Source: Macrostomum hystrix
Taxonomy: Eukaryota; Animalia; Platyhelminthes
Assembly (NCBI GenBank): GCA_950097015.1
Contig: CATNEN010000038.1
Coordinates: forward strand, 30,566,001 to 30,630,000
DNA: 64,000 nt
Direction: 5' to 3'
The notes below the pieces were generated by a model. That model made no database searches. It was not told the DNA's origin and saw only the letters and a program-made list of their open reading frames with translations. Position numbers and translations under genes: made by a program. Shown in pieces: positions 52,001 to 61,000 of the stretch (the stretch's first letter is position 1; the number at the start of each line of letters is the position of its first letter).

Positions 52001-55000
52001 TAGTCTAACAGGTGACTAAACTAGTCTTACAGGTGACTAAACTAGTCTAACAGGTAACTAAACCAAATTAAAAAATAGAAGGTGAGTTTGACCCTAAGCA
52101 GCTTACATCTAACATCCAGTAGATAGTCCGGACTAGTTAGATTAGCAACCGGATTGGTTGCTAAGCAACGAACAATAGCTCTATTGTTGTCAGGTCTAAG
52201 CTTGTCAATTAAGAAATAGCTTGTCACAGTTCCGAATGGAGCTGCCCCAGTGTCTGTTGAGCCGATGCTGCCGTCTTTGTATAAATCGGTTGCAGTCACT
52301 GGTTCGAATCCGCCAGCTGAGGCCAGGGTTCGAATCTGCCAATGGAGGCTGGGCAGCGGATTACCGCCGGAGGTTGAGCAGGTGATGAGTAGACTCGACC
52401 CGGCTGATGGCTGCGAGTCGTTGGCGGCCACACTCGGTAAGGTTGGCGCGACTGAAAGGCAAAAAGTACATTTTAGATTGCAGGGGCCGAACATCGGGGG
52501 TTTGAAAAGTTATAAAAAATCAATCAAATTTTAAGAGCCATGAAAAGATTAGGAGAGAGTGGGATAAACAGACAGACGGGGAGACAGATTTATACAGAGG
52601 TAAAGACAGAGAGACAGAGACACAGAGACACAGAGACACAGAGACACAGAGACACAGAGACACAGAGAGACAGAGACACAGAGACACAGAGAGACAGAGA
52701 GACAGAGAGACAGAGACACAGAGACACAGAGACACAGAGAGACAGAGACACAGAGACACAGAGACACAGAGACACAGAGACACAGAGACACAGAGACACA
52801 GAGACACAGAGACACAGAGACACAGAGACACAGAGAGACAGAGAGACAGAGACACAGAGAGACAGAGACACAGAGAGACAGAGACACAGAGACACAGAGA
52901 CACAGAGACACAGAGACACAGAGAGACAGAGACACAGAGACACAGAGACACAGAGACACAGAGACACAGAGACACAGAGACACAGAGACACAGAGACACA
53001 GAGAGACAGAGACACAGAGACATAGAGACAGAGACACAGAGAGACAGAGACACAGAGAGACAGAGAGATAGACAGACAAACAGAGAGACAGACAGTGATA
53101 GATCATTGCACTCCAGTTGACTAGAAATAAACTGTCCATGGGTTGGTAATTTCATACGGGAACCACCTAGCTACGTGGGTTAGAAAAAAAGCTCACTTCC
53201 AATACAGACTCAAAATTTCTGCTGCTATAAGCTCATTTGCTCATTACGCATATTTTGACTGACAGGATTTAACTGAAGACTTTAATTTTGCGAATCTAAA
53301 CTCCAACCAACAGTTTTCCCCCAATTTTTTAATAAATTCCAACTAAAGTAGCAAAGAGACGACAATTATTATTCACTAAAAGTCAAACTTCTATACCAGG
53401 AGTCCACTCAAATGACGCTAACTGGTCCACACAACTCATGGGATTATTTGAGTAGAGCGGGATGAAATTAATTGCTATTTGGACAAATTGGATCCAGGGG
53501 GTGGGCCATTGCTGAGCAAACCTCGCCTAGCAGCTACAGGCTATTTTTCATGTGCTTCATCCATAACTCACACAGGTATTACTTGTGCTAGCCATCACCT
53601 CTATATATATTTGGGGATTTTGTTGTGCACAATATGGGACAATATCCCACCAGCATAATAATGAAGTGTTGAATCTATAATAGTATATCGACAGGAAAAT
53701 GTAGAACAGAATTGTAATAAATATCGATTTAATTCTTTGCCACTACTATTGGAACACAAAAATAGGGATATACTTAATTTGTTGTATTTGCTGCGTACAA
53801 ACACTTTTTATTTGTATGAATGCGCGCGTCATTATGCCAGCAATGAGTTTAAATAAAAATCTTTTAGCCATAAAATGACGCAGAGATGCATTATTGGTGA
53901 ATAGGATGAGCCAACATTGGTACTTCGTTTCCCACTTCACAATCTCCCCCTATTGTCTTGTTGTCTCGCATTGGGGTTTAAAGAGATTGCAGCCTCCCTA
54001 TAGCGAGAGCTTGGAGTGGTGAGGGTACAGCTTGCAGTTGAGATTTTTTCAAGTTTCTTACTGGAGAGAGACGACATCTACTGTATTATGCATTTTGAAA
54101 CTATGAGCCAGGGTGTATTACTTTGCCAAAGAAATCCTCAACTTTGCCTGCCCGCAGTTTGAAACCAAAGAAACCGATTTTTTTCTAAGCCCTCTCCTCT
54201 TTTTCCCCATTTTCTTTAGCTGAGGAGTGTAACCTGAGTTTTGGTTTGAGATGGCTTGGCCACTCAAACAAATAAGGCCAATATTGTATTTCACAAGGAC
54301 CCTTGTTCGTGAGCAGTTCTGAGGCAATATACGGAATAAAGGAATAAAGGAGCCCAGTGGTAACGTCAGGCTTCCGACTAAGGCGTCGGGGGTTCGATTC
54401 CCAACTCCACAGGAACAATTTGTATCTAAAATTAGATAGATAGATAGATCTATAGACAGATAGATAGATGGATAGACTTAGCGCAGTCTTGCTTTCAGAA
54501 CTTATCACTCTGTAGAAATAGTTCAATAAGACTGGTTGCTATGACCACACAGATATGACTTATTTCGTTTTTTACTCACTTCCGGTCTATTTTATGTCCC
54601 TCGGTCACAACAGCAGGTGTACAAATAATGCTTCCCAAATGCTGCGACTAGAAATAATTATTAGAGATAAGAATAGTCTGAATATACACTTTGGTAAGTT
54701 GCAACTAACCTGACATGCGATCAGTTGCCCAGTAGATTGGAACAGTTGCCCGCCCATGGCCCCTGCTCAACCCCTTCTTTGTCTCAACTTCCCACTGGCT
54801 TATCTCCCCGCGTCTTATCTTCCCTGTCTTATCTCCCCACGTCTTATCTTCCCTATCTTATCTCCCCGCGTCTTATCTTCCCTGTCTTATCTCCCCGCGT
54901 CTTATCTTCCCTGTCTTATCTCCCCGCGTCTTATCTTCCCTGCCTTATCTCCCCGCGTCTTATCTTCCCTGTCTTATCTTCCCGCGTCTTATCTCTCTCC

Positions 55001-58000
55001 CGTCTTATCTCTCCTCTGTCTCATCTCTCCCCTGTCTCATCTCTCCCCTGTCTCATCTCTCCCCTGTCTCATCTCTCCCCTGTCTCATCTCTCCCCTGTC
55101 TCATCTCTCCCATGTCTCATCTCTCCCCTGTCTCATCTCTCCCCTGTCTCATCTCTCCCATGTCTCATCTCTCCCCTGTCTCATCTCTCCCCTGTCTCAT
55201 CTCTCCCATGTCTTATCTCTCCCCTGTGGAATCCCCCGTTTCCTGTCTCCGTTTTCTATTTCCTGTCTCGTCTATACGAGCTAGAAGGCAATCATTTTAG
55301 GACTTACAATCGCGGAATTTTTTTGAATACGTCGAACTAGATTTCGCTTGAGTCGCAAATTGCGAACACGAACGATTCGATTGGACTTTTGAAAATTAAC
55401 TGCTAAAGATTTTACTTTCTTTTTACTTTACATTACAGTGTCAGAAAGAAATTTTCAGATTAAGATCTGTTTACTGCTGTGCTAACTGGCGGTCGCAGTC
55501 TTTTATAAAACCCAAACGTGTACCCAAATTTAAAATTGCGCATATCAGGACCAACTAAAGTTTAAAAGAAAAAAGTAATCATCTTTTTTACTAGAGAAAT
55601 CCAAAGTGTCTTCCCGAGAAACTTTCCGCACGATAAATCATACTTTCCATATGATAATTCCTCTTTCGACTCATGAAATCCAATTTTCGACTCGAGAAAT
55701 CCCGTTTTCGACACGAAAAATCCTACTTTCTAACAAAGAAATCCCCTTATCCTCTCTCCTCTCTCACAGCACAATAACCATCACTCAGATTTCCTTACTC
55801 TAATAAAACTACAAAAAGTTCTCTTCGGTTAAAAATTTCGAGAAAACTTTTGTTTGATCCGTATCTATAAATAGATGAAAATAAATTGACAAGCCGTCTG
55901 GGTGGTCGCTTGCAACGCCAGTCTGTGGTGTTTGTTCCGCGCTGAATCGGCCAAGCATTGCTGTACGAGCTATTCTAGAATATAAGAGCTGTTACCTGAA
56001 TGCACTGATTGCTGTGTTACTTTTCTACTATATTTTCTTTATCGACACACATCCATCTCAAACGCTATTCTCTCTGCTCCAATCTCTTTTCTCTCCTCTC
56101 TCTTTCCTCTCTCCTCAGTCCTCTCTTCTCTCCAATCTCTCCTCTCTCCTCTCTCCTCTCTCCTCTCTCCATCTGTCCTCTCTCCTCTCTCAATCTCTCC
56201 TCTCTCCTCTCTCCTCTCTCCTCTCCATCTCTCCTCTCTCCTCTCTCCTCTAACATCTCTCCTGTCTCCTCTCCATCTCTCCTCTCCATCTCTCCTCTCT
56301 CCTCTAACATCTCTGCTGTCTGGCCTTGAGGCTCAAATCTTCTCTCTCTACTCAGTCCTTTCTCATCTCAGATTCCTAAAAGTGTCTATTAAGCTACTCA
56401 CCCTAGTCAATCCTTCCTATAATTCATTCTATTTGATCATCCTCAGACTTTTATTCATCATTTCAAGTGATTAATTCTTTTCGTTCATCTCACATGTCTC
56501 CACTGCCCAACAATTCTTTCAGTTCCAATCGCCACAATTGTCAACCCATTATTCCAAATATTCAGTCTGTCCTTGGTTAAGAATTAGATCGTTTTTTTCT
56601 TCTAGTTTCGCAGAAGAGAAACTGCAAAGGAAACCCGACGCGCCGCAATGAAGCAAGAAAGGCCCAATGCAAATTTATGAACGAGGAGGAAAGGGGAAGT
56701 GACGTTATAGGGGATATCCGGTCTAGATTCACCTACAGCAAGCTACTCACTATAATTTAGATTTCTTCACAATTTGCTTCCTAGCTACTTTGAATTAAAT
56801 GAGAATCAGTTCCCCTTAGTAGGTACAACAACGGAAACGAAAATTGTACGAGTAAATGTCAAAAAGTTGAATCGTTAGGAAATATTAGTAAAGAATCTGA
56901 TTTTCTCATCAGCAGCTTTGATTGTTAAGTAAGATTAGTTTCTTCAGATGTCTCTCTGTCTCTGTGTGTGTGTATGATAACTATCTGCCAACAACGATGT
57001 GTCTTTAATTTATAGGCGCGTATTATTGTTAGTCGCGTGATTTGATGACAGATTTTGCCACCAGATTGTAAATTATTTACTAAGCAACGTGTATTGCGTA
57101 ATTCCATTGGCCCAGTGAGGCAAAATGCTAAATCATGTTGGATTCTTCAGCAATGCTCTTTTCTGAAATGGAACCAGAATGGTAACTTTTACACTGCTTA
57201 CTCCCCCCCTTATCTTACTTCTCTCATCTCTCAGCTTTTATCTCTTCTCTCATCTCTCTCACCCTACTTCTCTCCTCTCTCACCCTACTCCTCTCGTCTC
57301 TCACCCTACTTCTCTCCTCTCTCACCCTACTTCTCTTATCTCTCACCCTACTTCTCTCCTTTCTCACCCTACTTCTCTCCTCTCTCACCCTACTTCTCTC
57401 CTCTCCCTCCCTACTTCTCTCGTCTCTCACCCTACTTCTATCCTCTCTCACCCTACTTCTCTCCTCTCTCACCCTACTTCTCTTCTCTCTCACCCTACTT
57501 CTGTCCTCTCTCACCCTACTTCTCTCGTCTCTCACCCTACTTCTCTCCTCTCTCACCCTACTTCTCTTCTCTCTCACCCTACTTCTCTCCTCTCTCACCC
57601 TACTTCTCTCCTCTCTCAACCTACTTCTCTCCTCTCTCACCCTACTTCTCTCCTCTCTCACCCTACTTCTCTTCTCTCTCACCCTACTTCTCTCCTCTCA
57701 CACTCTACTTCTCTTCTCTCTCACCCTACTTCTCTCCTCTCACACTCTACTTCTCTTCTCTCTCACCCTACTTCTCTTCTCTCTCACCCTACTTCTCTCC
57801 TCTCTCACCCTACTTCTCTCCTCTCTCAACCTACTTCTCTCCTCTCTCACCCTACTTCTCTCCTCTCTCACCCTACTTCTCTTCTCTCTCACCCTACTTC
57901 TCTCCTCTCTCACCCTACTTCTCTCCTCTCTCACCCAACTTCAAAATCACCTGGCTAAGACAACTCATAGAGGCCAATTTTCGTAATTGAGCTACAATGT

Positions 58001-61000
58001 CCGCCTTGCCAGACAGCTCGCAAATTAATTTGAGTCAGCAAATCTACAAGCCAACCCAGGCCGACGTCAGTCAACATCAAAAGCAACTGGGAGAGGCCTA
58101 AAAAGAAATTCACCACGCAGTCCATTGTGGACAAGCCAAATTACTGCTTTTTTACTTTCTTGTCCTATATACACGCTCATTTGTGGCTAGCGCTGAAATA
58201 ACACACACACACACACACACACATGGTGAGTTAAGAGAGAGGAGGCGACAGAGTGAACAAAAAAGTTATACTTTTCCACCAGACGGAAGGAAGTAAGGCC
58301 AGAAGGTGTGTGCGCGCAGGAGTCGCAAGTGAAAGTGGCGACTTAAAAAAATGCAGGGGCTGTGGAGCCAGAAATCAGAACAAAGAGCGGTGGCAGAAAT
58401 TGTGTTTCTTCCAGGGCCAGGCAAAACTTGCTAAAAATAAGTTTTGTCTCCCAGTCTTTTGCTCTTGAAAGGAAAACTATACTCAGCATATTGGAAGTTG
58501 TGAGCTGTACAGGCAAAAGCAAACACTGCGACAGATGAAATGCTGGTCTGCCGTGTCCACGCAATGAAATGCTGAACTGCCTATGTCTTTTAGTAGGTCT
58601 TTGTTGCATCATTAATTATAAATGAATTTCGCGTGTTTTAGCGACAGTAGACCCGCAGCCAGCGAGGAGGCAATTCTGCCCATTCTGTTGACTCCTGAGC
58701 ACACACAACTTGCTCAGGGGTCAGTGTACATCTGTCGCGACTTTCTCATGAGGTTTAGCCCTCATGTGCGTTAAAAATGTGCGACAAGCCATTCAGTAAC
58801 CCTTAGCTAGTCACTCCCTGACCATCTGACCTATGCAATTGAATGCATCAGTATAAGTTTGCTAATTGGCCAAATAAATCTACAAACCTGTAATCAGTTA
58901 ATCAGCGGGACGCCTTTTAAAATAAATTGGGATTACAAAGCTTTGATTCGACGACAAAGTTCGACAAACTAAATCAATAAGTCAGAATAAAAATAAGGAT
59001 TTTTTAGGAATCGAGTTATCCTAGAATGAGGAAATGGCTAAGATAGAGAATGGCAGAGGAGAATTAGAGGTAGAATTGGGAGGAGAAGTAGAGGTAGAAT
59101 TGGGAGGAGAAGTAGAGGTAGAATTGGGAGGAGAAGTAGAGGTAGAATTGGGAGGAGAAGTAGAGGTAGAATTGGGAGGAGAAGTAGAGGTAGAATTGGG
59201 AGGAGAAGTAGAGGTAAAATTGGGAGGAGAAGTAGAGGTAGAATTGGGAGGAGAAGTAGAGGTAGAATTGGGAGGAGAAGCAGAGGTAGAATTGGGAGGA
59301 GAAGTAGAGGTAGAATTGGGAGGAGAAGTAGAGGTAGAATTGGGAGGAGAAGTAGAGGTAGAATTGGGAGGAGAAGTAGAGGTAGAATTGGGAGGAGAAG
59401 TAGAGGTAGAATTGGGAGGAGAAGTAGAGGTAGAATAGGGAGGAGAAGTAGAGGTAGAATTGGGAGGAGAAGTAGAGGTAGAATTGGGAGGAGAAGTAGA
59501 GGTAGAATTGGGAGGAGAAGTAGAGGTAGAATTGGGAGGAGAAGTAGAGGTAGAATTGGGAGGAGAAGTAGAGGTAGAATTGGGAGGAGAAGTAGAGGTA
59601 GAATTGTGAGGAGAATTAGAGGTAGAATTGGGAGGAGAAGTAGAGGTAGAATTGGGAGGAGAAGTAGAGGTAGAATTGGGAGGAGAAGTAGAGGTAGAAT
59701 TGGGAGGAGAAGTAGAGGTAGAATTGGGAGGAGAAGTAGAGGTAGAATTGTGAGGAGAAGTAGAGGTAGAATTGGGAGGAGAAGTAGAGGTAGAATTGGG
59801 AGGAGAAGTAGAGGTAGAATTGTGAGGAGAATTAGAGGTAGAATTGGGAGGAGAAGTAGAGGGAGAATTGGGAGGAGAAGTAGAGGTAGAATTGGGAGGA
59901 GAAGTAGAGGTAGAATTGGGAGGAGAAGTAGAGGTAGAATTGTGAGGAGAAGTAGAGGTAGAAATGGGAGGAGAAGTAGAGGTAGAATTGGGAGGAGAAG
60001 TAGAGGTAGAATTGGGAGGAGAAGTAGATGTAGAATTGGGAGGAGAAGTAGAGGTAGAAATGGGAGGAGAAGTAGAGGTAGAATTGGGAGGAGAAGTAGA
60101 GGTAGAATTGGGAGGAGAAGTAGAGGTAGAATTGGGAGGAGAAGTTGATGTAGAATTGGGAGGAGAAGTAGAGGTAGAATTGGGAGGAGAAGTAGAGGTA
60201 GAATTGGGAGGAGAAGTAGAGGTAGAAGTGGGAGGAGAAGTAGAGGTAGAATTGGGAGGAGAAGTAGAGGTAGAATTGGGAGGAGAAGTAGAGGTAGAAT
60301 TGGGAGGAGAAGTAGAGGTAGAATTGGGAGGAGAAGTAGAGGTAGAATTGGGAGGAGAAGTAGAGGTAGAATTGGGAGGAGAAGTAGATGTAGAATTGGG
60401 AGGAGAAGTAGAGGTAGAATTGGGAGGAGAAGTAGAGGTAGAATTGGGAGGAGAAGTAGATGTAGAATTGGGAGGAGAAGTAGATGTAGAATTGGGAGGA
60501 GAAGTAGATGTAGAATTGGGAGGAGAAGTAGATGTAGAATTGGGAGGAGAAGTAGAGGTAGAATTGGGAGGAGAAGTAGAGGTAGAATTGGGAGGAGAAG
60601 TAGATGTAGAATTGGGAGGAGAAGTTGATGTAGAATTGGGAGGAGAAGTAGAGGTAGAATTGGGAGGAGAAGTAGAGGTAGAATTGGGAGGAGAAGTAGA
60701 TGTAGAATTGGGAGGAGAAGTAGATGTAGAATTGGGAGGAGAAGTAGATGTAGAATTGGGAGGAGAAGTAGAGGTAGAATTGGGAGGAGAAGTAGAGGTA
60801 GAATTGGGAGGAGAAGTAGATGTAGAATTGGGAGGAGAAGTTGATGTAGAATTGGGAGGAGAAGTAGAGGTAGAATTGGGAGGAGAAGTAGAGGTAGAAT
60901 TGGGAGGAGAATTAGAGGTAGAATTGGGAGGAGAAGTAGATGTAGAATTGGGAGGAGAAGTAGATGTAGAATTGGGAGGAGAAGTAGATGTAGAATTGGG

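Noticed and set aside
37017-52062. Regular short repeats as a possible CRISPR array
   Set aside because: Head-to-tail units with no unique spacers, no cas genes, eukaryotic context.
35104-54410. Three tRNA-like sequences as functional tRNA genes
   Set aside because: A/B boxes are present but the acceptor and anticodon stems do not pair properly.
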